Under the pieces are notes generated by a model that made no database searches, had not been told where the DNA came from, and saw only the letters and a list, made by a program, of their open reading frames with translations. Below are positions 52,669-61,857 of a stretch of 64,000 bases of DNA, in pieces. Location of the stretch: positions 704,001-768,000 of the forward strand of contig OZ252149.1 in NCBI GenBank assembly GCA_965248755.1. The letters run 5' to 3'. Numbering within the stretch: position 1 is the stretch's first letter; every line of letters begins with the position of its first letter. The position numbers and the translations under genes were made by a program. The DNA comes from Candidatus Latescibacterota bacterium. Its GTDB lineage: Bacteria > Latescibacterota > CBDEFO01.

Positions 52669-53556
52669 TCATACCCCGGAGATCCTTATAAGCTCTCTTA
52701 TCTTAGGGATCTGCTCATCTAAATCTTCGAAGAACCTTTCCATGTCCATCTTTTCCAGTCTCGGATTTTGACTTTGGAGTATCCTCCATCCCCCGCTATC
52801 GGTAAGTGAAGGCAAGGGGGCGTTAGTCTGTTTGCCTATACCTTTGTAGTTGCACAGTATGTTTGAAAGATAGACGATGGACGTGAGTATGGGATCTACC
52901 GTCGATTCAAGAGGATAGTGGTGGCAGGATATGACGTCTATCATTGGACTTGGGAGGTTCCATTTTCTTCCAAGCCAGCTTCCTATGTATGTATGGTTTA
53001 CGCCGAAGACGGAGTCCTCAGCGTCGATCATCGGGATTTCATCTTTCAGCGATTTGTCGAACGCTTCTATAAATTCCTCGTGAAAGTATTGATCCATAAA
53101 TATCTTCCCCATATCGTGCAAGAGCCCCGCAACGTATTCCCGCCCTTCCATCTTATATCCCAGGCGGTCGGCGATCATCCTGGCCACCATACCACATCCG
53201 ATTGAATGTTCCCAGAACTTGGATCTGTCAAATTCATCCTTCCCGGATACCTCCGGAAACGCGCTGAAGACTGAGACGCTAGTGACGACTTCGCGGACTC
53301 TCCCGAGACCAAGAATGACTATGGCGTCTGTCAGAGAAGTTATCTCTCTTTGAATAGAATAAAAAGCGGAGTTAACTATCCCAAGCGTCTTCGTCGCTAT
53401 AGAAGGATCCTCCAATATCACCTCACTTATGTCGACTATAGATGAATCGGCATCAGATGACAGCTCCATGATCTTCATAGCGACAACAGGAAGGGTCGGA
53501 AGATCAGTTATTTTCTCTATCTTCGCTTCTATCTGTCTTATTTTGTCGTCTTCCAT
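52669..53556 (-). CDS. HDOD-domain protein
   Basis: LPTLP, DPSIA...L..VNSAFY, FWEHS, AGLLHDMGK, W.LP, HH.P; start set at ATG 53556 because the upstream extension is repeat DNA. Confidence 0.9.
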   Translation of the reverse strand: MEDDKIRQIEAKIEKITDLPTLPVVAMKIMELSSDADSSIVDISEVILEDPSIATKTLGIVNSAFYSIQREITSLTDAIVILGLGRVREVVTSVSVFSAFPEVSGKDEFDRSKFWEHSIGCGMVARMIADRLGYKMEGREYVAGLLHDMGKIFMDQYFHEEFIEAFDKSLKDEIPMIDAEDSVFGVNHTYIGSWLGRKWNLPSPMIDVISCHHYPLESTVDPILTSIVYLSNILCNYKGIGKQTNAPLPSLTDSGGWRILQSQNPRLEKMDMERFFEDLDEQIPKIRELIRISGV

Positions 53557-53601
53557 CCTAAGTCTCTCCGTTTGATGTCTAACAAATGAGCGGGAAACAA
53601 G

Positions 53602-53747
53602 GTCATTGCGGCGAGGCGTGGACAGTGCGTGTGCTGCTGCCACGCCTTTTTCAGTGAGCGCAAAGTGCCAACGAACCACGAAACGAGAGGCACTGTCGCT
53701 TTGCTGGGGGAGGCAACAAGCCACGAGGTAGTACGCGAAGCAATCTC
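53602..53747. repeat. GTCATTGC-family element with a 75-bp internal insertion bounded by ACAGTGC/GCACTGT
   Basis: Aligns to the 25137 copy once 53622-53696 is removed. Confidence 0.78.
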
Positions 53748-53959
53748 AATGTTGTCGATGAGCTTGCATCGAGGCTTGGCACCTAGTAATGAGCGTAGTC
53801 CGAAGCGATAGCGGCACCGTGGGTTAACGGCCACCCGCTCTGCCAAGTGAGCAACAGATGAAGGCTTATCATATAGTGTTAAGATTTCCGCCGGTTTCTT
53901 GTCGATTCAGTAAGGCACGACGGGTGCTTGCCGAGGATGAAAAGGAATATGATCTTGAT

Positions 53960-54382
53960 TCAGGAAAAAGCGGACTTCAGATCAGACAACAGGGCCTTAT
54001 ATATAGGATTACAAAATTCCGCAACACCGCCGCCACTACTTTCCCAACTCGATGTCCAAAGGACAAAGGTGGCCTCTTCGTCCGTCACGGGAAATACTCT
54101 GATTTCTCCGATATAGCCAACTACATTGTCTTTGGACACGGCCTCTGGCCCATCATCAATGCTATATCGTACTACCCGAGCCTCTTCCTCAAGGGCAAGC
54201 AAGGTCTCATGAATAACACCGTTCAAGACTCTTTTCGCGCCTATCTGCGTGCCAGGCGCATCGCCCACGATGTCAAGCTTCTCTACAACATTGGGAAAAA
54301 CTGACATATTGTGAAAATCTCGAAGTGCTGCCCATACCTTTTCTACAGGAGCATTGACGACAGCAGAGTTGTAGCAACCCAT
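53960..54382 (-). CDS. SRPBCC/polyketide-cyclase-like protein
   Basis: S.VVNAPVEKVWAALRDF, G..R.L, ETLL.L, YSI.DGP. Confidence 0.85.
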   Translation of the reverse strand: MGCYNSAVVNAPVEKVWAALRDFHNMSVFPNVVEKLDIVGDAPGTQIGAKRVLNGVIHETLLALEEEARVVRYSIDDGPEAVSKDNVVGYIGEIRVFPVTDEEATFVLWTSSWESSGGGVAEFCNPIYKALLSDLKSAFS

Positions 54383-54526
54383 AGTAAAATCTCCTCTCTA
54401 TTTCCAGGAAGCAACTTGTCTTAAAATAGATAGATGGATGGGAAACCTCGCGTTCAGATCTCATTATCGTAGCTGTTGGAATATAATTGATCCTGTGCTG
54501 GTTGTCAACAGCAAAATAAACTGGAG

Positions 54527-55709
54527 AGAAGAGTAAAGACACATGGTATCCACCCTCACGGGATAATTTTGCCTATATTTAGGTGAGGACTGAAAAAAGG
54601 AGGGTAGATACCATGGAGAATGCTATCACTTATAGTGATGTTCTTGTTCTTAATCGTAATCCTGTTGATCTTCGTATCAAGATGGTTCAGACTGCTCAAC
54701 AATACGGTGTCTCGTATGCTGCAAGGGCTTTTAATACAACACGCAAGAGTATAAGAAAATGGCTGAAACGTTATCTTGAAGACCGATCCTTGAAGAGTCT
54801 AGAAAATCATACGAAAGCACCCATAAACCCTCACTGTTTGTTACCGGAGGAGATCAGAAAGATCATCGTAAAGTTCCGACAGACCCATCGTTCTTTGGGA
54901 TATCCCTATCTATTGGGCTTTCTGCAAAAACAAAATGTTCCAACTGATCAAATCCCCTCCAAGCCGACTGCCTATACTATCTGGAAAAAACACAATCTCA
55001 TAAAGAAACGCAGGCGAAAATGGAGGAGAAAGAAACTTGTGTGCCAGTGGAAAAAGAAACTACGCCCCTTTGAATATATCCAGATCGATGTCAAACATCT
55101 GTGCGATATCCCCAACTACCTGAAACAACACTACAAAACAGGTGCCCAACTCCCTATGTTTGAGTATACTGCCGGAGATATCAAGACAGGCGGTCTCTTC
55201 GTAAGCCTGGCAGACGAACAGAGCCTGATCAACTCCTGCATCTTGGCCGAAGCATTACTCCAACACCTGGAAGACCACAAGGTCTATCCACGAAAGATCC
55301 AAACCGACAACGGCAGCCAATTCGTCAATACATAAGGATGCCCTTAAAAAGACCCTCTTTACCGACTTCATCCAACAAAGAGGCGTAGAACATAAACGCA
55401 TCCCACCAGGGGATACTACATACCAATCCGATGTAGAACGCGCCCACGGCCTAATCGAATATGAATTCTACGACACCATCAAGACTACCAACCGTGCCAA
55501 CCTCTGCCGGAAACTCCAGACTTATCAATGGTTGTTCAATACCCAAAGACATAATAGCTACAAAGAATCCAAAACCCCTCTGCACATAGCAACCGAACAT
55601 ACACCCACAGAAAACCTCGACCCTCAACTTTTTAACTTCCCAATCTTGATTCTTGACTCTCTTCTCTCTATCTTTATCAAGGGTGGATACCATGTGCCTT
55701 TACCCGACA
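54527..55709 (+). mobile_element. IS481-like element, copy 1 (1183 bp), transposase frame broken
   Basis: About 30-bp IRs (..GTAAAG(A/G)CACATGGTATCCACCCT); HTH plus IQIDVK, IQTDNGSQF and, after a frameshift, DVERAH. Confidence 0.85.
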
Positions 55710-55835
55710 AATTCTTACTGATCGCGAAAAGCTAACAAGGAACCCATATCCTCCGAGTGCTCCGATCCATGGCTGACCTCACACCTGACGAGGAAGCACT
55801 GTGCTACCTGCTGGAATAATCTTCTTGACTATCAT

Positions 55836-55856
55836 CCCCGATTGAATCTATCGGGG
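55836..55856. repeat. 21-bp palindrome family
   Basis: Exact CCCCGATTGAATCTATCGGGG. Confidence 0.9.
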
Positions 55857-56081
55857 AGAGGTGCTATACATTTCCTTCTGTGAGAGGGCCGATTGTGAAA
55901 GTTTCCAAGCGATACCGGTACTGTCCGCTGAAATTTTGATATTTACCGGAACTCAGATAATCTTATCCAGAAAAAAGCTTGACGGAGCGGATACACGTTA
56001 GTATCTTTGGGATCAACGTGGAGACAATTTTTCTGGAGGAACTCTCTTCCTCGTCGCAATCAATATAAAAAGGAGAACTTC

Positions 56082-56321
56082 ATGAGTGCAGCACGTAAGA
56101 GTCGTCTCGTCGGACCCGTAATTGCAATTCGCACCTATCGGACCGATGACGGCAAGCTGGACCTGGCGAAACAGCGGAGGCAACTTCGCTGGATGATAAA
56201 TCAACGTATGAACGAGGGGAACGGGATCATCATGGGCGCCGGCAGGGGCGGCGATGGCTACTTTATGAGCTATGACGATAGGTGGACTGGAAGGAGTAAC
56301 CGTACAGTAGACAGAATGTAG
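56082..56321 (+). pseudogene. dihydrodipicolinate-synthase-like N-terminal fragment
   Basis: GPVIAI.T...DDGKLD....R..LRWMI..G..I...G..G.G..MS; truncated at a GTAG repeat; AGGAG RBS. Confidence 0.55.
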
Positions 56322-56435
56322 GGTCATGGCTCCCTTCGCTTAGGGTAAAGGGGCTCACCCCCTATAAATATGAAAACACGACCGTAACCTCACCCCTACG
56401 AAAATATATTATGTTGTGAAGAGGAGACCCGAATA

Positions 56436-57497
56436 ATGTTGATCGTTGACAGTCATTTAGACCTGGCTCACAATGCCTTGGAATGGGACAGGGACCTGAC
56501 GAAGCCTGTGGCCGAAATCCGAAAGGACGAAGCCGGTATGAGCGGGAAGGCGCGCGGACAGGGGACCGTTGCATACCCCGAATTGCGGATGGGCAAAATC
56601 GGACTCTTTTTCTGCACCGTGCACTGCCGACTAGCTTCCTGCGAAGGAAAATTTGCTGGCGTTAGAACACAGGACATTGCCTACGCCAAAGCACAGGCAG
56701 AGGCCGCATACTACAGGCTGATGGAGCAGAAGGGCATCCTCAGGAAGGTGGTGGATCGAGATACCCTCGACGCCCATCTAGAAGATTGGGAGCGCAATCC
56801 TGACGGGACACCTTTCGGATATGTACTCAGTATGGAGGGTGCCGATCCTATCGTAAGCCCCGACCAAGTTCCCGAATGGTGGGACATCGGTCTTCGCATC
56901 GTAAGTCTAGTGCACTACGGTGTCAGCACCTACGCTCACGGAACCCAGACAGAAGGAGGACTACTGCCTGCGGCCCGTGCGCTCCTGGAGGCTATGGAGG
57001 AAGTGGGAATGATCCTGGATCTGACGCACACATCGGAAGGCAGCTTCTGGGAGGTGCTGGACATTTTCAACGGGCCAGTCATAGCTACCCACAACTGCTG
57101 CCGGGCGCTTGTACCCCACGACAGGCAGTTTACCGACGAACAGATCAGAGCTATCATCGAGCGTGACGGTGTTATCGGCGTGGCTTTGGACGACTGGATG
57201 CTGGATCCCCTCTTTGACCCTGAAAATGCCGACAATTCCCGCGTTACTTTGTCTACTGTCGTGGACCACATTGACCACATCTGTCAATTGGCGGGCAACC
57301 CTAATCACGCCGCCATCGGCAGTGACCTGGACGGCGGATACGGCAAGGAGCAATCGCCCTACGACCTCGACACAATTGCGGACTTTCAAAATATACCGAA
57401 GATCCTCGAGGATCGAGGCCACAGCGAGGGTGACATTTCCAATATCTGTCACGGAAACTGGATCCGACTGCTTCGGCGGGCCTGGAGCTCTGACTGA
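56436..57497 (+). CDS. membrane dipeptidase (peptidase M19)
   Basis: IVDSHLD, SMEGAD, LDLTH, ATH, IGSDLDGG, GNWIR. Confidence 0.92.
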   Translation: MLIVDSHLDLAHNALEWDRDLTKPVAEIRKDEAGMSGKARGQGTVAYPELRMGKIGLFFCTVHCRLASCEGKFAGVRTQDIAYAKAQAEAAYYRLMEQKGILRKVVDRDTLDAHLEDWERNPDGTPFGYVLSMEGADPIVSPDQVPEWWDIGLRIVSLVHYGVSTYAHGTQTEGGLLPAARALLEAMEEVGMILDLTHTSEGSFWEVLDIFNGPVIATHNCCRALVPHDRQFTDEQIRAIIERDGVIGVALDDWMLDPLFDPENADNSRVTLSTVVDHIDHICQLAGNPNHAAIGSDLDGGYGKEQSPYDLDTIADFQNIPKILEDRGHSEGDISNICHGNWIRLLRRAWSSD

Positions 57498-57534
57498 TAT
57501 TTTATGATCATTTTACAACTGGTTATCCTCTAAT

Positions 57535-57583
57535 GTAGGGGCATGGTTACCCTGCCCCTGGGGCGAGGAGACCTCGCCCCTAC
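57535..57583. repeat. GTAG-type REP-like palindrome (related degenerate copies at 56318-56399 and 60237-60284)
   Basis: GTAGGGGCATGGTTACCCTGCCCC-TGGGGCGAGGAGACCTCGCCCCTAC. Confidence 0.7.
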
Positions 57584-57612
57584 ATATTGATTAACATAAG
57601 GAGACTGTAATT

Positions 57613-58896
57613 ATGGCGACAGACCTTCACTATCACATACAGAATACACCTCTGTGCGATACGCACGAGCATTTAAGTTTGGAGGACGAATGGGTTCAAA
57701 ATGGACCAGACATTCTCCAAGATCTCTTCGGAAACTACGTGCCCGCCGATTTAGTTGTTGCCGGCGCCAGTCAGGAGGTGGTGGATAAGCTTCAGGATGG
57801 TTCAGACCCCGATATAAAGGGACGCTTTATGGGCATCCAGAAGGCCTGGGAAGCGACCCAACATACTGGGTACGGTGAAGCGGTGAGACTGATCGCAGAG
57901 CACATTTATGGTCTATCGGAGATTACTCCGCCAGGGCTTGAGCAAGCTCAGAGCAAACTTTTACAACTTCGCCGTCCCGGGGAGCGACTTCGCCTTCTGC
58001 GAGACGTTGCTAAATTAGACCACGTCCAGATCGACAACTTCAACAGGCCCTGTCTCCCAGATGCATCAGGTCCGGATTTCTTCCTCTACGATATATCGTG
58101 GCGGGGATTCTGCAACGGAGACCTTAAGCTTGAGGAACTGGCTGAAGAGACCGGGGTCACGGTGGAAAATATAAGAGATCTGGATGAGGCTATGGCGGCG
58201 ATATTTGAGAAATTCGGATCCTATGCCATAGCAGTCAAGGCCCAGCATGCGTACAATCGAACGCTGTTGTGGAAGGAGAGGAGCGACGAGGAAGCTGCCT
58301 CTGTGCTCGAAAAGGTTTTGAAAGGTTCTGAGCTATTGGAGGAGGATCGTCTATGTTTAGGTGACTGGTGTTGGGCGCGTGGCGTTGAACTTGCAATCCA
58401 GCACAACCTGCCCTTCAAGTTGCACACCGGATACTATGCCGGATATGGACGCATGCCGATAGATCGTATCAAGGGAGGCAACCTGTGCGGCATTCTGGCC
58501 CAATATCCCAAAGCTCAGTTTGTACTTATGCATATCGCCTATCCCTACAACGACGAATTGGTCGCTCTGGCCAAGCACTATCCCAACGTTTACGCAGATA
58601 TCTGCTGGGCATGGTCTATCAACCCCTACGCCTCATGCGAATTCGTCCGCCGCTTCATCCACGCCGTGCCCTCCAACAAGCTCTTCGCCTTCGGAGGGGA
58701 CACCGTATGGCCCACAAGCTCTGTGGCTTACGCGGTTCAGGCGCGAAAGTGGCTAACCAGGGCGCTAGAGGCAGAAGTGAGCGAAGGGGATCTGACAGAA
58801 AAGCAGGCTATGTATCTGGCGACGCGCTTTATGCGCTCAAACCAGATGGATTGCTTCGATCTGGAGGGCACAAAAGCTGCGCTCCGTGCAGCTTGA
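57613..58896 (+). CDS. amidohydrolase-superfamily protein
   Basis: DTHEH, KLHTG, LMHIAYP, DICW, FGGD. Confidence 0.85.
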   Translation: MATDLHYHIQNTPLCDTHEHLSLEDEWVQNGPDILQDLFGNYVPADLVVAGASQEVVDKLQDGSDPDIKGRFMGIQKAWEATQHTGYGEAVRLIAEHIYGLSEITPPGLEQAQSKLLQLRRPGERLRLLRDVAKLDHVQIDNFNRPCLPDASGPDFFLYDISWRGFCNGDLKLEELAEETGVTVENIRDLDEAMAAIFEKFGSYAIAVKAQHAYNRTLLWKERSDEEAASVLEKVLKGSELLEEDRLCLGDWCWARGVELAIQHNLPFKLHTGYYAGYGRMPIDRIKGGNLCGILAQYPKAQFVLMHIAYPYNDELVALAKHYPNVYADICWAWSINPYASCEFVRRFIHAVPSNKLFAFGGDTVWPTSSVAYAVQARKWLTRALEAEVSEGDLTEKQAMYLATRFMRSNQMDCFDLEGTKAALRAA

Positions 58897-59004
58897 TACC
58901 ATCCCGGGAAATAGTAGTCAGGAGACAGGCGGCACCACCTCCCAGCTTCGGGATTACCTTGAGGGCAAAGCTCCTCGGAATGAACTAAGGTAGATGGAAG
59001 CACC

Positions 59005-59032
59005 GTCATCGCGAGCGAAGCTAAGCAATCTC
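59005..59032. repeat. minimal GTCATCGCGAG...AAGCAATCTC element
   Basis: GTCATCGCGAGCGAAGCTAAGCAATCTC between convergent genes. Confidence 0.8.
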
Positions 59033-59054
59033 CCTGTTTGCTGTCTACTTGTTT

Positions 59055-59963
59055 TCAGCTTCTGGCCTCCACTCCTGCCTGCCTTTCGTAGGCCTTAATC
59101 AGGGCCTGTGTGCCGTCAGCTGCAAATCCCGCGCCTTCAACGATGTTAAATGCCTGGTGAGCCAGACTGACACCCGGCAGAGATAATCCCAGTTCGTTTG
59201 CCGCCTCTATTACGAGTTTGAGGTCTTTCTGCTGAAGCTTGACCATAAATCCCGGATCGAAGTCCCCTTTTAGCACCCTTGGCGCTAGGTTGGTCATCTG
59301 CCACGACCCGGCGGCGCCTCCTGAGATTGCAGCCAACATATTGTCCAGATTGAGACCCGCCTTGGCTCCGAGCATAAGGGCTTCCGCGGTGGCTAAATTT
59401 GTCACGGAGACCGCTATCTGGTTGCAGAGTTTGGTCATCTGACCTGCACCGTTATCGCCTATCAGCGTGATCTTACCGCCCATAACTTCAAGCACGGGAA
59501 GGCACTCGTTGAATACATCCTCTGCCCCGCCTAACATGATGGAGAGCGTTCCTTCGATAGCCCCTTTGTCCCCCCCGCTCACGGGTGCGTCCAGCATATT
59601 TACGCCCTTTTCAAGGAGGCCCTCTGCCATCTCCTGAGTTGCCTTGGGTGATATGGTGCTCATATCTATGACTACAGATCCGCTTTGGGCTCCTTCTATT
59701 GCTCCATTTTCTCCTAAGATCACCTCCTGAACATCAGGCGTGTCGGTTACTATCGTGATCGTTATGTCCGATCCTTCGGCCGCCTCCTTGGGGCTTGAGA
59801 CCCGTGTGGCTCCCAGCTTGACTACCTCCTTTACTATGGTTCTATCGCTCCTGTTGAAGACTTTAAGCTCGTATCCCGCATTAACGAGGTTTCTGGACAT
59901 CGGTCCGCCCATAATCCCAAGTCCTATGAATCCTATCTTAGTCTTTCCGGGTTCCGCTGGCAT
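59055..59963 (-). CDS. NAD-dependent beta-hydroxyacid dehydrogenase (GarR/MmsB family)
   Basis: GFIGLGIMGGPM, DMSTISP, DAPVSGG, KLCNQ, F...LQQKDL. Confidence 0.92.
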   Translation of the reverse strand: MPAEPGKTKIGFIGLGIMGGPMSRNLVNAGYELKVFNRSDRTIVKEVVKLGATRVSSPKEAAEGSDITITIVTDTPDVQEVILGENGAIEGAQSGSVVIDMSTISPKATQEMAEGLLEKGVNMLDAPVSGGDKGAIEGTLSIMLGGAEDVFNECLPVLEVMGGKITLIGDNGAGQMTKLCNQIAVSVTNLATAEALMLGAKAGLNLDNMLAAISGGAAGSWQMTNLAPRVLKGDFDPGFMVKLQQKDLKLVIEAANELGLSLPGVSLAHQAFNIVEGAGFAADGTQALIKAYERQAGVEARS

Positions 59964-60390
59964 TAGGTACCTCCTTCCAAAATGAGCAGACAGTAGAAAG
60001 GGTACTGCCTATCTTCCCAAAGTGCTGTCTGCTTGTTCTATCCCTCCTTCAATTGGACACGGTACAATCTCCTATCAGTTCGATTTATCCGACTTAGACA
60101 CTACCTTTTGAAATATATTCAGTATGTAGTCAAAGTCAATTGAAAAGTGTCCATTGTGATTTCTAAAAGTTATATTTGCTTCACCTTTTCGGTTATCAGG
60201 CAGCGTTGAAGCCTCCAAATAAGCAAGTCAAATCAAGGGCAGGGGAGTTATCCCACCCTGGGGTCGAGCAGACCTCATCCCTACGAATTCATACGCTAGA
60301 GTAAATCGTAACCTGTATGCAAATTAGTACAACTTGGACCTGATCCGATTCAGAGTCAAGAGCATCGGTAAATAGTTTGAAGAGATCAAA

Positions 60391-61573
60391 TGTCGGGTAA
60401 AGGCACATGGTATCCACCCTTGATAAAGATAGAGAGGAGAGAGTCAAGAATCAAGACTGGGAAGTTAAAAAGTTGAGGGTCGAGGTTTTCTGTGGGTGTA
60501 TGTTCGGTTGCTATGTGCAGAGGGGTTTTGGATTCTTTGCAGCTATTATGTCTTTGGGTATTGAACAGCCATTGATAAGTCTGGAGTTTCCGGCAGAGGT
60601 TGGCACGGTTGGTAGTCTTGATGGTGTCGTAGAATTCATATTCGATTAGGCCGTGGGCGCGTTCTACATCGGATTGGTATGTAGTAGCCCCTGGTGGGAT
60701 ACGTTTATGTTCTACGCCTCTTTGTTGGATGAGGTCGGTAAAGAGGGTCTTTTTAAGGGCATCCTTTGGTATTGACGAATTGGCTGCCGTTGTCGGTTTG
60801 GATCTTTCGTGGATAGACCTTGTGGTCTTCCAGGTGTTGGAGTAATGCTTCGGCCAAGATGCAGGAGTTAATCAGGCTCTGTTCGTCTGTCAGGCTTACG
60901 AAGAGACCGCCTGTCTTGATATCTCTGGCAGTATACTCAAACATAGGGAGTTGGGCACCTGTTTTGTAGTGTTGTTTCAGGTAGTTGGGGATATCGCACA
61001 GATGTTTGGCATCGATCTGGATATGTTCAAAGGGGCGTAGTTTCTTTTTCCACTGGCAGACAAGTTTCTTTCTCCTCCATTTTCGCCTGCGTTTCTTTAT
61101 GAGATTGTGTTTTTTCCAGATAGCATAGGCAGTCTGTTTGGAGGGAATTTGATCAGTTGGAACATTTTGTTTTTGGAGAAAACCCAATAGATACGGATAT
61201 CCCAAAGAAGGATGGGTCTGTCGGAACTTTACAATCAGCTTTCTGATCTCCTCCGGTAACAAACAGTGAGGGTTTATGGGTGCTTTCGTATGATTTTCTA
61301 GACTCTTCAAGGATCGGTCTTCAAGATAACGTTTCAGCCATTTTCTTACGCTTTTGCGTGTTGTATTAAAAGCCCTTGCAGCATACGAGACACCGTATTG
61401 TTGAGCAGTCTGAACCATCTTGATACGAAGATCAACAGGATTACGATTAAGAACAAGAACATCACTATAAGTGATAGCATTCTCCATGGTATCTACCCTC
61501 CTTTTTTCAGTCCTCACCTAAATATAGGCAAAATTATCCCATAAGGGTGGATACCATGTGTCTTTACTCTTCT
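60391..61573 (-). mobile_element. IS481-like element, copy 2 (1183 bp), inverted relative to copy 1
   Basis: Same IRs, same length, near-identical ORF (60753-61517) with the same frame break. Confidence 0.85.
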
Positions 61574-61591
61574 GATCAGTAAGAATTCCTA

Positions 61592-61620
61592 TTGACATCC
61601 ACTGTTTACTTTTGTATCTT
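61592..61620 (+). promoter_or_regulatory. sigma70-type promoter candidate upstream of the GH-like tandem genes
   Basis: TTGACA-17 bp-TATCTT (with TG extension). Confidence 0.55.
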
Positions 61621-61857
61621 ACCTCCTGCATTAATCTTCATTCCGCCAGTGTATTCTCCTTTTTAGGATATAGTCTACACGTAAGAATTTCAAAATTAGG
61701 CCCTGACTTAACTTTAGCAAGTCCTACAACACAGACCACATCCTGGAACCATAGGTTCTGAGCTGATTGGGTAGAAGGTAGTCGAACCACGGAACACCAG
61801 AAAAAAGGAGGCAAAGTCTCCAAGGATAAGGAGGAAAAGCCTCAAGGAGCATGACGA

